A DNA stretch of 64,000 nt from an uncultured delta proteobacterium (GCA_963778115.1 CAVZSV010000004.1:2592001-2656000), one strand, 5' to 3'; shown: positions 19,801-30,270, numbered from the stretch's first letter. The notes: a model not told the origin generated them from the sequence alone. Program-made: numbers and translations.

Positions 19801-21663
19801 GTGCTCGCAAAAGAAATAAATTCCAAGAGCGGAATCGGTGATTACGGATTCATCGGAGACTGCCAATCGGCGGCCTTAGTCTCTCGAAAGGGATCTATCG
19901 ATTGGCTTTGCCTCCCCCGTTTCGATTCTCCGGCATGCTTTGCAGCCTTACTGGGAACCCAAGAGAACGGAAGATGGGCCATTGTACCCAAAGAGGAAAA
20001 CGGATTAGTCACGCAGAGTCGCTCTTATCTTAAGGACACCTTGGTTTTACAGACCGATTATCGTTTTGCTAGTGGCTCGGCTCATGTGATCGATAGTATG
20101 CCCGAGCGCGCTAACTTTCCTGAGGTAGTTAGGGTGGTGCAAGGCGTGAATGGGAGTTCTGCCTTCCACATGGAGTTTGCCATTCGCTTCGAGTACGGCT
20201 CGGTGCTTCCGTGGACCAAACGGGTATCCGAAAGAGCCATCATGCTAGGAGCCGGCCCATGTAGAGTATTACTCAGAAGTACCGTCCCTCTCAAGTGCGA
20301 CGACGACCAGGTAAGTTGTGATATTGCGGTAAGAGAAGGTGAGGTGGTCACTTTTGTAATGACCTGGCTTTCCCAGAGCGATTCCTCTTTTCAGGAAATA
20401 GATCCCATGGCGGCCATAGAACGGACCGTTTCGGTCTGGCAGCAATGGGCGGGTAAATCATCCTATCAAGGACCTCACGCTGAAACCGTTCGAAGATCTC
20501 TAATTACCCTTAAGGGACTTATCTATGCTCCGAGCGGTGGTATGGTCGCGGCTCCCACTACCTCACTTCCGGAGAACATCGGCGGTTCACGAAACTGGGA
20601 TTATCGCTACTGCTGGCTCCGAGATACGACCGTGGTCCTTCATGCTTTACTGGGGGCAGGCTATCACGTTGAAGCGGGCGCTTGGCAAGAGTGGCTTCAA
20701 CAAGTCGTAGCGGGCCATCCTTCTCAGGTTCAGATCCTTTACGGCATTGGAGGGGAACGAACAATATCGGAGAGGGAATTGAGTTTTCTAAAAGGATATC
20801 GGGATAGCAAACCGGTGCGAGTGGGAAACGCGGCTCACGGACAAAGACAACTGGATGTCTTTGGGGAGCTTATGGACGTATTTTACGATGCCAGAGTTCA
20901 TGGCCTAAAGACCGAACCTTCGCTCTGGACTTTACAGAAAGAGCTTCTCGATTTTCTAAAGGGAATTTGGAAAGAACCCGATGCGGGGATCTGGGAAGTT
21001 CGAGGGCCCATGCGACATTTCACTCATTCCAAAGCAATGGCGTGGTTGGCTTTCTCCAGAGGCGTTGAGACCGCCAAACGATTTGGGCTTGAGGGACCGG
21101 CTAAGGAGTGGGAAGCGGAAGCGAAAAAAATCCATAGCGCTATTTGCGACAGGGCCTTTAATCATCGGCTCAACTCCTTTACCCAGTCTTTTGATTCGAA
21201 AGACCTTGATGCGAGCCTATTACTTCTGCCGGTTATTGGTTTCTTACCGGCGGAGGACCCTCGAATTCGAGGAACTATCAAAGCCATCGAAGCGCAATTG
21301 GCTGACGGCGCTTTTGTAAAACGGTATGACACGAAGACTAAAGTGGATGGGATTAAAGATCCGCGTGAAGCTGCTTTCTTGCCCGCTTGCTTTTGGCTGG
21401 TAGACGCTCTGGCTATGCTGGGAGAACGAGAAAAGGCGGAGAGTCATTTCGAGGCGTTAATCAATGTCCGAAACGATTTGGGATTGCTCTCCGAGGAATA
21501 TAACGTCGAAACGAACTCGTTATGCGGCAACTTTCCGCAGGCGTTCTCTCACGTCGCTCTAGTGAACAGCGCTTTCAAACTATACGGATCCGGCGAAAAA
21601 ACAGGACTCAATTGTTTTCCTCCGCTGAGAGCTGGATCAACGTTTCGCAGACAGTCGGCCTAG
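19801..21663 (+). CDS. Glycoside hydrolase family 15 (trehalase/glucoamylase-like)
   Basis: IGDCQSAALV, RNWDYRYCWLRD, GIWEVRG, GLLSEE, GNFPQAFSH. Confidence 0.93.
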   Translation: MLAKEINSKSGIGDYGFIGDCQSAALVSRKGSIDWLCLPRFDSPACFAALLGTQENGRWAIVPKEENGLVTQSRSYLKDTLVLQTDYRFASGSAHVIDSMPERANFPEVVRVVQGVNGSSAFHMEFAIRFEYGSVLPWTKRVSERAIMLGAGPCRVLLRSTVPLKCDDDQVSCDIAVREGEVVTFVMTWLSQSDSSFQEIDPMAAIERTVSVWQQWAGKSSYQGPHAETVRRSLITLKGLIYAPSGGMVAAPTTSLPENIGGSRNWDYRYCWLRDTTVVLHALLGAGYHVEAGAWQEWLQQVVAGHPSQVQILYGIGGERTISERELSFLKGYRDSKPVRVGNAAHGQRQLDVFGELMDVFYDARVHGLKTEPSLWTLQKELLDFLKGIWKEPDAGIWEVRGPMRHFTHSKAMAWLAFSRGVETAKRFGLEGPAKEWEAEAKKIHSAICDRAFNHRLNSFTQSFDSKDLDASLLLLPVIGFLPAEDPRIRGTIKAIEAQLADGAFVKRYDTKTKVDGIKDPREAAFLPACFWLVDALAMLGEREKAESHFEALINVRNDLGLLSEEYNVETNSLCGNFPQAFSHVALVNSAFKLYGSGEKTGLNCFPPLRAGSTFRRQSA

Positions 21664-22972
21664 GATGGCTGAGGGTTCTTATCTGGTGACGGATCTTTTC
21701 GATAATCGTGGACTTATGGTGTTCGGCAAAAAAAGGTTCGAGCAAAATACAAAGAGTGCCTGCGCATAGCATGGTCGGTATCGGAGCGGTTTCACCAAAG
21801 AGTTGCAGAAGTCGCAGAACTTGAAAGACAAAACCACCCCAGATGGCGACGACGGCTGTGAATTTATGCCCAGTCGATGAAGACGTGTGGGAATTTCCCT
21901 GCCGAGCCTCCTTCTCCTTTCGAAGTGCCAGAGACGACTGCCATCGATCGACAGCCAAGTTGCAATATGCGGTGAGGGCGGCGTTGAGAGTCCCTGTGGT
22001 GAGGGCAGCGGATAGCACATCTTGGGTTCCTACAATCGCCCATAACAATACCGCGTTGACCAACCAATTAAGGACGAATGCCGAGCCCAAAAAGAATATC
22101 TCGTCGTGCGTTTTGGCCATGGCATCACCGTCACTTCCGTTAATCCAGTAGACCCTGTGCTGCATTCGCATTGAGGAAAACTCCCTTGTTGCCATCACCG
22201 AACCGTAGGTCCATCCCATATTAAATATTTGTGCGATCCACCAATTGGTCTCGCGCGGGGAAATACCCTTCCACCAAAGTGCCATGCTAAGGCTTAGAAC
22301 GGAACCTGCCATGGCGAAGCTTGCCGCTTTGTGAAAATCGATGTCCCCTACAAATCTTCGATGCCAATGGCCTTGTTGATCTTGGATTATCCAATGCTCG
22401 AGAAAGGTCGTCTCGCGCATCGACTTATAGAAGTGGCTAATCCCTTGGTGGAGTCTTTTTGCAATATTAATGGGATTTAGCGCCCCGCCAAGTCGGCGAA
22501 GGACGGAACACTCCTCGGAAACCGCTCTAGGATCGCAATGATCTGCAAATTTAAGGAGAATTTGTTGGGTTTGTGCTTCGGTGGGTAATTGACTTGTCGT
22601 TTGATCGACAAGTTGTTCTAATTCTGCTTCCGTTACAATCGTAACGTCTAACTCGATATCCGCCTGTTCCAGAAGTTTCAAAAGGAGTTCGTGGTTTTCG
22701 GTAAGCTCTCCTCTGATATGAATCAATTTAGCTCTGATTGGTTTGCGGCCCGTCTTTCGTCTTAACTCGGTCGCTTGCTCGATTAAAGACTGTGCTGCCG
22801 CTTGTGCCTGACTCTTGGTGCGAAGATCGTAAATGATGGGGCCAGATTCGTCGGTAGCAGGGAGTTTTTCCGTCAGAGCAAAACAGGTAGTACGCCAAGG
22901 GAATAGCGCTTGCCACGCAAAGACGCACACCAAAAGCGCTGTAAATCTTCTCATGCGGATAAAAATTGCCAT
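21608..22972 (-). CDS. Hypothetical membrane protein with signal peptide
   Basis: 454-aa ORF, several C-terminal TM segments, upstream -24/-12 site. Confidence 0.7.
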   Translation of the reverse strand: MAIFIRMRRFTALLVCVFAWQALFPWRTTCFALTEKLPATDESGPIIYDLRTKSQAQAAAQSLIEQATELRRKTGRKPIRAKLIHIRGELTENHELLLKLLEQADIELDVTIVTEAELEQLVDQTTSQLPTEAQTQQILLKFADHCDPRAVSEECSVLRRLGGALNPINIAKRLHQGISHFYKSMRETTFLEHWIIQDQQGHWHRRFVGDIDFHKAASFAMAGSVLSLSMALWWKGISPRETNWWIAQIFNMGWTYGSVMATREFSSMRMQHRVYWINGSDGDAMAKTHDEIFFLGSAFVLNWLVNAVLLWAIVGTQDVLSAALTTGTLNAALTAYCNLAVDRWQSSLALRKEKEARQGNSHTSSSTGHKFTAVVAIWGGFVFQVLRLLQLFGETAPIPTMLCAGTLCILLEPFFAEHHKSTIIEKIRHQIRTLSHPRPTVCETLIQLSAEENN

Positions 22973-22991
22973 AGCAGTAGGTATAGAGGTT

Positions 22992-23006
22992 GCAACGGCT
23001 GTGCCA
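22992..23006 (-). promoter_or_regulatory. Putative sigma54 promoter
   Basis: TGGCACAGCCGTTGC(A), consensus match. Confidence 0.75.
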
Positions 23007-23078
23007 CGGAAATGGACCTACTCTTGCATTTTCGTGCGCGAGGGAGAGGAAACCGGTAAATAGCTGAGGAGATTTGCA

Positions 23079-24548
23079 ATGCCCAAAACGGAACATGAGT
23101 CGAAAGGTAACAAGTCGCGGCAGCATACCAAACTTGTAAAAACCAATATCCCCGCGCGGCTCGATAGGCTTGCGTGGTCCCGGTTTCATTGGATCGTCAT
23201 TATTAGCTTAGGCATCACTTGGATTTTAGACGGATTAGAAGTGACCTTGATGGGTGCTATTAGCGGCGTGCTTGAAGATCCTAAGTCTCTTCATCTATCG
23301 AGCCAAGACATCGGAATGATCGGATCTTCTTACGTTGCGGGCGCTGTCCTAGGCTCTTTGGTGTTTGGCTACTTGACCGACAGGCTGGGAAGGAAACTTC
23401 TTTTTTTTGTAACGCTCGCCGTTTATTTGGCCGGTGTTATCTTGACGGCGTTTTCATGGGATGTTTGGAGTTTTGTGGCCTTCCGCTTTCTCACCGGCGC
23501 TGGCATTGGAGGAGAATATGCGGCAGTTAATTCCGCGGTCGATGAACTGATTCCGGGTCGTATTCGAGGCAGAACAGATCTTATCGTAAATGGAACGTAT
23601 TGGCTGGGTGCAGCCCTGGGTTCGGCCTCCACCCTGTTTCTACTCAATCCCGCTTTTTTCCGGGTCAACTTGGGGTGGAGACTGGGATTTGGTGTTGGAG
23701 GAATATTAGGCCTTTCTATCTTATTTCTCCGCAAATTTTTACCCGAGAGTCCTCGCTGGCTAGTGATCCACGGGAAGGAAAAAGAGGCGGAATCCATCGT
23801 TAGTGAAATTGAGTGCGAAGTGGAGCACCAAACCGGGAAGAAAAGTCACAAGCGGCTAAAATCTATATCGATCCACCCCCAATCGTCGTTTGGACTTCTT
23901 GCCATTATTCGGGCGATGTTCACTCAGTATCGCAAACAGTCTGTGTTGGGCCTTTCGTTAATGGTGGCGCAGGCCTTCTTATATAATGCGGTTTTATTTA
24001 CTTATGTTCTTGTCCTAAGAAAATTTTATGATGTCCCGGTCAAGGATTCGGGCTTATATCTACTGCCCTTTGCTCTGGGAAATTTTCTGGGCCCTCTCAT
24101 TCTAGGCCATTTCTTTGATGTTATCGGAAGAAAACCCATGATCGTAGGAACGTATGGCGTCTCAGCGATTCTTCTGGTGGCTACCGGTTGGCTTTTCGTT
24201 CACGGATCGTTATCAGCCGCCGGACAAACAGCCCTTTGGACTATCATTTTCTTCTTTGCTTCTGCCGCTGCCAGTTCCGCTTATTTAACAGTGAGCGAAA
24301 TTTTCCCACTCGAAATTCGAGCGCTAGCCATCGCTATCTTTTATTCCTTAGGAACTGGAATCGGCGGGATTGTTGCCCCCTGGCTGTTTGGCACTTTGAT
24401 AGGAACGGGGTCTCGAGAAAATATCTTTGGGGGCTATGGCATTGCTGCTTTCTTAATGTTGGTAGCGGCCTTAACCGAATTTTTTCTGGGAATTCGGGCG
24501 GAAAGAAAATCTTTAGAGTCCATCGCTAAGCCGCTATCGGCTGAATAG
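23079..24548 (+). CDS. MFS transporter
   Basis: GYLTDRLGRK motif A, GIGGEY, PESPRWL. Confidence 0.93.
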   Translation: MPKTEHESKGNKSRQHTKLVKTNIPARLDRLAWSRFHWIVIISLGITWILDGLEVTLMGAISGVLEDPKSLHLSSQDIGMIGSSYVAGAVLGSLVFGYLTDRLGRKLLFFVTLAVYLAGVILTAFSWDVWSFVAFRFLTGAGIGGEYAAVNSAVDELIPGRIRGRTDLIVNGTYWLGAALGSASTLFLLNPAFFRVNLGWRLGFGVGGILGLSILFLRKFLPESPRWLVIHGKEKEAESIVSEIECEVEHQTGKKSHKRLKSISIHPQSSFGLLAIIRAMFTQYRKQSVLGLSLMVAQAFLYNAVLFTYVLVLRKFYDVPVKDSGLYLLPFALGNFLGPLILGHFFDVIGRKPMIVGTYGVSAILLVATGWLFVHGSLSAAGQTALWTIIFFFASAAASSAYLTVSEIFPLEIRALAIAIFYSLGTGIGGIVAPWLFGTLIGTGSRENIFGGYGIAAFLMLVAALTEFFLGIRAERKSLESIAKPLSAE

Positions 24549-25505
24549 AGGAGATTGCGGTTTTGTATTTCGGGTTTTTCTACCTGAAGTGGGTTTTTCA
24601 AGGATTAGACTTGCTATTTCTCCTACCGGTAAGCCGTCTACCTCGCTCCAACGACCTTGGTAAACCAATTTCTGCGGATAATTTCGCTTTAAATATTTTC
24701 CAGAGTGAACCTTAAATCCGATGGTCATGGCATGATGACCCAAAACAATAGGATCAAGAAGATGGAAAAAAGGAGTGTAGTGCTCCAGATAACCTTCCGG
24801 GACAAAATGCTTAATGTCCCCGGCGAGAACGTTAGGAATCCAGCCGGGAAACGGGTAAAGATCGTACTGAGCCAAGAAATTGATCTGCTTTCTCTGCATG
24901 TAGATATCGTCCCAACCGGGGAAAAGATGGCAAAATGGGCTTGTGCCTGTGATGTAGAAGCGTCCCCCCGGGGGCAAGAGGTCATACGCCCATTGCAATA
25001 CTCGGAGCTGCTCTTCACCGGAAAGGTACATGAACATCGCGAAGGCGGCGATATCGGTGATTTCGTAACCTAAGTAAAGTTGGTGAAGACGTGACTCTAG
25101 TGAAGGATTTTCTTCGAAGTTAAGGGGGAATTCGGCGGTTAGGGTCTCGTATTGGGAAGGGTGAATTTTCACACTGTCTAACTCATCTTCAGCGATGAGT
25201 CGGTGATTTTCCTCCATGTCGAAATAGATGACGTGTCCGCCCCCCGTTAAGATTTTTTTTTCCATGTCGCCATAGGCTCCGCCGATGTGAATGACGGCTC
25301 GTTGTTTCGGGTTCTGTGGATTGGGGTTCAGATTGCGCTGAGTTCTGTTGATGGCCCGGCGGATAAAGCCTAATTGAGTTTCGTTAAAGCGGGTATCGGC
25401 GTAGCCCCTGCGATTTAGCGTAGGCCTGCGCAAATCCTGGTCTAGACCAGGAAAAAGAGCCATATGGCCCGCTAAAAGGGTCGAAATGATTATCTTTGCA
25501 CACAT
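24534..25505 (-). CDS. Divergent class I SAM-dependent methyltransferase-like protein
   Basis: HIGGAYG (motif I variant), YFD, LLPPGGRFYI. Confidence 0.6.
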   Translation of the reverse strand: MCAKIIISTLLAGHMALFPGLDQDLRRPTLNRRGYADTRFNETQLGFIRRAINRTQRNLNPNPQNPKQRAVIHIGGAYGDMEKKILTGGGHVIYFDMEENHRLIAEDELDSVKIHPSQYETLTAEFPLNFEENPSLESRLHQLYLGYEITDIAAFAMFMYLSGEEQLRVLQWAYDLLPPGGRFYITGTSPFCHLFPGWDDIYMQRKQINFLAQYDLYPFPGWIPNVLAGDIKHFVPEGYLEHYTPFFHLLDPIVLGHHAMTIGFKVHSGKYLKRNYPQKLVYQGRWSEVDGLPVGEIASLILEKPTSGRKTRNTKPQSPLFSR

Positions 25506-25596
25506 GAGGAATGCCGCCCAACATATACGAACTGAAATTCAAAACAAGGGGTTCAATTCCCAAAAAGATTAGGATATAAGCCTGCCAACAGCTATT

Positions 25597-26847
25597 TTGT
25601 CGTCGAGAAAGGCGGACTTCGTGGTTGAGACGGTATTTTACTACTTCGCCCTGGTTGCTGTGATAATCATCACTTACGTCTTGGCTCGTCGCCCTCTCAA
25701 CCGGCGGCTTCGCGAAATCAATCACAAGTATTTGAATACAGTGGAGAATGCCGCCGAGGGCATCGTTCAAACCACACGGGAAGGTAAATTTTTGGCGGCA
25801 AATACGGCCTTTGCACAGATGCTGGACTACGAATCCGGCGCTGAACTCATGGAGAGGGTGGACGATATCAACCACCAGATTTACGTGAACCCCGAGGTTC
25901 GACAGCGGTTTCTGTCAGATTTAGACAAAGATGGCCGGGCTCGTTGTGAGTATGAGGCCTTTCGGAAAGACGGATCCACTACGTGGTTGTTTGCTAGTTC
26001 GCGGGTAGTCGAGAGCCGGGAAGGGGAGTTCCTGTATTACGAGAGTATCGTCGAGGATGTCTCCGAACGAAGAGCGAGGGAAGCTGAGTTAAAGGAAATC
26101 GCGAGTTCTCTTTCTCGTTCCAATATGGAACTCCAGCGCTTCGCCCATACCGTGGCACACGATCTCATGGAACCGATTCGAACAGTTAATACCTATGTCG
26201 AAATGCTTGCTCGAACCTACCGCGACAAAATAGGCCCCGACGCTGAAACTCATATCGGTTTTATTACTTCAAGCATGAAGAGGTTAAAAAATTTCATTGA
26301 TGATATCTTGGCATTCTCCCGTGTCGATTGGCAGTCGAACGAGTCAGAACACGTAGACATGAATCAGGTGACCCGAGAGGTTCTTGAAAATTTAGGCGCT
26401 GTCATTAAAGAATCGAAAGCGGAAATTCACGTTAGTAAACTACCCGTGGTTTGCGGAGAGCGGGTGAAATACCAGCGGTTGTTTCAGAATCTCATGAGCA
26501 ACGCCATCAAGTTCCGCGGTGACAACCCTCCAAAGATTTCTATTACGTCCACCAAGAACGGCAGGCGTTGGCTATTCACCCTTCAGGATAATGGCATTGG
26601 CTTCGACAACCGTCATGCGGAGCGGATTTTTGAATTCTTTTCGCGACTCAACGATCAATCGAAATATCCTGGATCGGGAATGGGGCTAGCCGTGTGTAAG
26701 AGGATAGTGGAACTTGAAGGAGGCAGAATTTGGGCAGAGTCATCCCCCGGGAAGGGAACTAAATTCATGTTCACGCTCCCCGAGGCGACCGATCCGTGTT
26801 TGCAACCTGCGACACCCTCTAGTTTGGCTTCTGTTTCCGCCTCGTAA
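25597..26847 (+). CDS. TM-PAS sensor histidine kinase
   Basis: PAS/PAC, H box VAHDLMEP, NAIKF, DNGIGF, GSGMGL; start uncertain. Confidence 0.92.
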   Translation: MSSRKADFVVETVFYYFALVAVIIITYVLARRPLNRRLREINHKYLNTVENAAEGIVQTTREGKFLAANTAFAQMLDYESGAELMERVDDINHQIYVNPEVRQRFLSDLDKDGRARCEYEAFRKDGSTTWLFASSRVVESREGEFLYYESIVEDVSERRAREAELKEIASSLSRSNMELQRFAHTVAHDLMEPIRTVNTYVEMLARTYRDKIGPDAETHIGFITSSMKRLKNFIDDILAFSRVDWQSNESEHVDMNQVTREVLENLGAVIKESKAEIHVSKLPVVCGERVKYQRLFQNLMSNAIKFRGDNPPKISITSTKNGRRWLFTLQDNGIGFDNRHAERIFEFFSRLNDQSKYPGSGMGLAVCKRIVELEGGRIWAESSPGKGTKFMFTLPEATDPCLQPATPSSLASVSAS

Positions 26848-26871
26848 CAAAAGGGCTATTCCCGTCAAAAT

Positions 26872-27039
26872 CTAGGCTGCTTTGCTTTTATATTTTCTCG
26901 GGTTTTCGTCGAACTCAGCCTTACATTTGGGAGAGCAAAACGCGATCTGCGTTCCGTTGTAGTCGCTGGTCCATTCGCCATCTTTCTTGACCGGCATTCC
27001 GCAGACAGGATCTTTTTGTTGTTTGCTACCTTCGTTCAT
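26872..27039 (-). CDS. YHS/TRASH domain metal-binding protein (55 aa)
   Basis: Below ORF-track cutoff: MNEGSKQQKDPVCGMPVKKDGEWTSDYNGTQIAFCSPKCKAEFDENPRKYKSKAA; GGAGG RBS. Confidence 0.88.
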   Translation of the reverse strand: MNEGSKQQKDPVCGMPVKKDGEWTSDYNGTQIAFCSPKCKAEFDENPRKYKSKAA

Positions 27040-27069
27040 AGAGAGACCTCCAGTTGATCTAGGAACTTT

Positions 27070-27122
27070 GCAAGCGAAGTGCCATCGCGTTCCAAAGATG
27101 AGTCAACTGGCATTCCAATTGC
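27070..27122. promoter_or_regulatory. Back-to-back divergent sigma54 promoters
   Basis: Minus strand TGGCACTTCGCTTGC (27070-27084) and plus strand TGGCATTCCAATTGC (27108-27122). Confidence 0.75.
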
Positions 27123-27191
27123 AGAAAGTAACTCATCGAATCGCGACATCTAATGAGTCGTCGTTTTTCGCAACTTTAGAAAGGAAGGCCC

Positions 27192-27749
27192 ATGGCTGAT
27201 TTCGAAGATTATATTACGGAAGTTAAGGAAAATGCCCGTCGGCGAATCACGGAAGGGGCAGTGACTGATGCATATAAAGGCGATCGACAGAAGGTCATCC
27301 AGCTATTGAATGATGCATTAGCCAGCGAACTAGTATGCGTTTTGCGATACCGGCAACATTATTATATGGCTTCCGGAATCGCCGCTGATTCGGTGCGCAA
27401 AGAGTTTTTGGAGCACGCTGAAGAGGAACAGACGCATGTGAACTGGCTCACCGAACGCATTACCCAGCTAAACGGGGTTCCCAATTATAATCCTAAGGGG
27501 CTTGCCGATCGATCCGTCACTCAATACAAGACCTGCGAGACCACTTTGGAAATGATAGAGGAGAATCTCGTCGCGGAACGCATCGTGATTCAGCTCTATT
27601 CAGAATTTATCCGCTATGTGGGCAATGATGACCCTACTACCCGACGGGTCTTTGAGAAGATTCTAGCCGATGAAGAGGAGCACGCGGAAGATCTTGCTAC
27701 TTTGCTAGGAAACATGGGAGCAGCGATCCCAAAAGAGACGGCGGCTTAA
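27192..27749 (+). CDS. Bacterioferritin/DPS-like ferritin-family protein
   Basis: LNDALASE..LRY..H, HAEEEQTH, ENLVAER, DEEEHA di-iron pattern. Confidence 0.9.
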   Translation: MADFEDYITEVKENARRRITEGAVTDAYKGDRQKVIQLLNDALASELVCVLRYRQHYYMASGIAADSVRKEFLEHAEEEQTHVNWLTERITQLNGVPNYNPKGLADRSVTQYKTCETTLEMIEENLVAERIVIQLYSEFIRYVGNDDPTTRRVFEKILADEEEHAEDLATLLGNMGAAIPKETAA

Positions 27750-27752
27750 AAT

Positions 27753-27807
27753 AAAAATGGGGGACTCGAGCGGCGTCTCAATTGAAAGATCCGTTCGAGC
27801 CCCCCAT
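27753..27807. terminator. Hairpin between convergent genes
   Basis: ATGGGGGACTCGAGCGG...CCGTTCGAGCCCCCCAT. Confidence 0.55.
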
Positions 27808-27826
27808 CGGTTGTTCCAGGACTCGA

Positions 27827-28054
27827 TTAGCTTTGTCCGAGATCGTCATCGAGGGATTCGTCGTCCTCAAGCGATTTGGTTACGCCGAAGCGGCTAGTGG
27901 TTTGTTCTTCTTCTTCCTCCTCCTCGTCTTTGCTCTTGTCTAGACTTTGACGATTTTCGGTTTCTCCTACCTTCTTCAAGTGGTCTTTTTTTATTTTGTT
28001 ATCAAACTGTCCCTTGTCATCGTAACCGCCTTTTTTGGCTCCTTGCTGTCCCAT
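27827..28054 (-). CDS. Small acidic hydrophilin-like protein
   Basis: AAGGAG RBS, highly charged and low complexity. Confidence 0.7.
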   Translation of the reverse strand: MGQQGAKKGGYDDKGQFDNKIKKDHLKKVGETENRQSLDKSKDEEEEEEEQTTSRFGVTKSLEDDESLDDDLGQS

Positions 28055-28097
28055 GACACACTCCTTAGTTTTTTATAATTACTTAGCGCATGAGATG

Positions 28098-28247
28098 CTA
28101 TTCATCTCTTTCGGACGGGCTCCTAGTTTCCGTTCTGCTTTCGGCGCCTCGTCCGTTTCGTCCTACGTGTCCTTTCATGCTGCTTTGTTTTTCGTTCCTG
28201 GAACTTACTTTTTTCTTTGATCCACTACGTGGATTTCTGCGTGCCAT
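28098..28247 (-). CDS. Small basic hydrophilin-like protein (MARRNPRSG...)
   Basis: AAGGAGA RBS before ATG 28247; sigma54 site upstream. Confidence 0.65.
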   Translation of the reverse strand: MARRNPRSGSKKKVSSRNEKQSSMKGHVGRNGRGAESRTETRSPSERDE

Positions 28248-28283
28248 TTTAGTCTCCTTGTTTGAGTGACATGGGAGCGAATT

Positions 28284-28298
28284 GCAATCGCAGTGCCA
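28284..28298 (-). promoter_or_regulatory. Putative sigma54 promoter
   Basis: TGGCACTGCGATTGC(A), consensus match. Confidence 0.75.
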
Positions 28299-28606
28299 GT
28301 CGTTTCCCCCCGCGTTCTGATTGGATACTGCGAACCAATAGGGGCCATTTAGGCTCATATCTTACGCAATGAGGGTTTTTATCGCGCAGGAAAGAGGTTT
28401 TAACGACGAGGTTCCTGACCAACTAACGGAACGCGTTAGCCAGCGACTTGCTGCAACAAGCAGCTGTCGTGAGCATTTCGCCTCAGAATTGCCGTCGACG
28501 TTTGTTAACGGGAGTCGCAAAGCTGCGCCCAGCTCGATTGCCGGGTGGATGAGTTTACGATACTTTAAACGCGTCTAGATCTTAATCTAAATAATTGGGA
28601 GACAAT

Positions 28607-30181
28607 ATGAAACTGCTTTCGGTCGTAGCGATCGCCTGCGCGTTGGGTATTTCGTTGTCTAGTAAAGCGGTATCCATTCAAGTCGTGCTCCGTCTTCAAG
28701 AGCGCGTCTCGATGGATACTTTGGCCAAAAACGTAATGGATCCGACTTCTCCTCGGTATCGGCAGTTTTACACCCCGGAAGAGATTAGAGACATTGCGGG
28801 TCCCACCGATTCCGACTATGCCATGTTACTCACCAATCTGAAGAAAGAGGGAGTGACCATTGTTGATGAATCGGCCACCCATCTCTTCGTTACGGTGAAA
28901 GCGGAGCAATCGGTCCTGGAACACCTGTTTCACGTTACCGTGAAACCTATGAACCACTCGACACTGCACTCCTATACGGGAACGGTAAGAATTCCCCGTA
29001 CGTTAAGTCCAGTCGTGTCAGTGACTGGTTTGGATAACCGGAGACATTCGTTTCCCAAGCATATCGTGGCCGGCAAAGCTCACGATCTTGGCGGAAGCGG
29101 AGTGTCACTGCAGACGATTCGCACCGTCTACGGATTTGATCCTTTATATACGGCGGGATTGACCGGCAAAAATCAGGACCTCGCTATCGCCACCTATGAC
29201 GATTTCGATGCCACGATTGTTGCCAGTTACTACCAACAGCAAGGGCTGAACCCGGCACCCACGGTAGACAAAATTCCAGTAAACGGGACTCCTCAAACGA
29301 ACGACAATTCCGCGATGGAGACCTGTGTCGACGCCGAGTTCTCGGGCGCATTAGCTCCCGGTGCTCGTATTCATGTGTACAGCTCGGCCACTAACGACGA
29401 TGCGGGTGAGCTAGCGTTATTCACCAAGATCCTCGACGACAACGTATCCAAGGTAGCCAATTATAGTTGGGGCGGTTGTGAGAAAGACCTCACTTCCCAG
29501 CACCAATCGGATATGGCTCCTGTATTCGCACGAGCCGTCGCTCAGGGCGTCAATATCATGATCGCTTCCGGTGATTCGGGTTCCGCATGTGCCGAAGCCG
29601 ATGCCAGCGGAAACGTGACCGGTTATGTCGATCCGATGGCAGATTGGCCAGCGGCGAATCCCAATGTGGTCGCGGTCGGAGGAGTCACGTTAGATACCTC
29701 CTCGACGAGCTCTCTTAGCGAAACCGCATGGAGTGGCAATGGCGCTGCCGGCGGCAGTGGCGGCGGCATCAGCACGATTTGGGATTTACCCTCGTGGCAA
29801 TCTCAGTTGGGCGGCGTTTATGTGAAGCGCTCCTATCCGGATGTCGCTTTCAATGCTAACCCTTCATCGGGACAATCCGCTCTCGTTAACGAGTTCGGAA
29901 TTCCGCTTCCTATGGTCATTGGGGGAACCAGTATTGCGGCTCCGCAATGGTCAGGATTCATGTTGTTAGTCGGCGAAGCACGGGCGAAAGCCAATCTTCA
30001 GCCGCTGGGATTTCTGAATCCGATTATCTACGCCATGTCGACGACGGATCGCGCGGCTGCGTTTGACGATGTGACGCAAGGAAATAACGGCAAGTACAAC
30101 GCCGGTCCTGGTTGGGACGCCGTGACGGGTTGGGGCGGTATGCATGCGTCGGCTCTTGAAGCGTATTTGACGACTCACTAA
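28607..30181 (+). CDS. Secreted S53 family peptidase (sedolisin/kumamolisin-like) with prodomain
   Basis: ETCVD (ExxxD), SGDSG, PDVAFNA, GGTSIAAP, GWDAVTGWG. Confidence 0.93.
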   Translation: MKLLSVVAIACALGISLSSKAVSIQVVLRLQERVSMDTLAKNVMDPTSPRYRQFYTPEEIRDIAGPTDSDYAMLLTNLKKEGVTIVDESATHLFVTVKAEQSVLEHLFHVTVKPMNHSTLHSYTGTVRIPRTLSPVVSVTGLDNRRHSFPKHIVAGKAHDLGGSGVSLQTIRTVYGFDPLYTAGLTGKNQDLAIATYDDFDATIVASYYQQQGLNPAPTVDKIPVNGTPQTNDNSAMETCVDAEFSGALAPGARIHVYSSATNDDAGELALFTKILDDNVSKVANYSWGGCEKDLTSQHQSDMAPVFARAVAQGVNIMIASGDSGSACAEADASGNVTGYVDPMADWPAANPNVVAVGGVTLDTSSTSSLSETAWSGNGAAGGSGGGISTIWDLPSWQSQLGGVYVKRSYPDVAFNANPSSGQSALVNEFGIPLPMVIGGTSIAAPQWSGFMLLVGEARAKANLQPLGFLNPIIYAMSTTDRAAAFDDVTQGNNGKYNAGPGWDAVTGWGGMHASALEAYLTTH

Positions 30182-30231
30182 GTGTTAACGGTGACCGCCG
30201 CCGTATCGGGCGGTCTCCAGGGTTTAACAAT

Positions 30232-30270
30232 GGGGCAATCGACGAAGTCTGTCGGTTGCCCCGTTTTTTT
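30232..30270 (+). terminator. Rho-independent terminator
   Basis: GGGGCAATCGAC-N7-GTCGGTTGCCCC followed by GT7. Confidence 0.8.
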
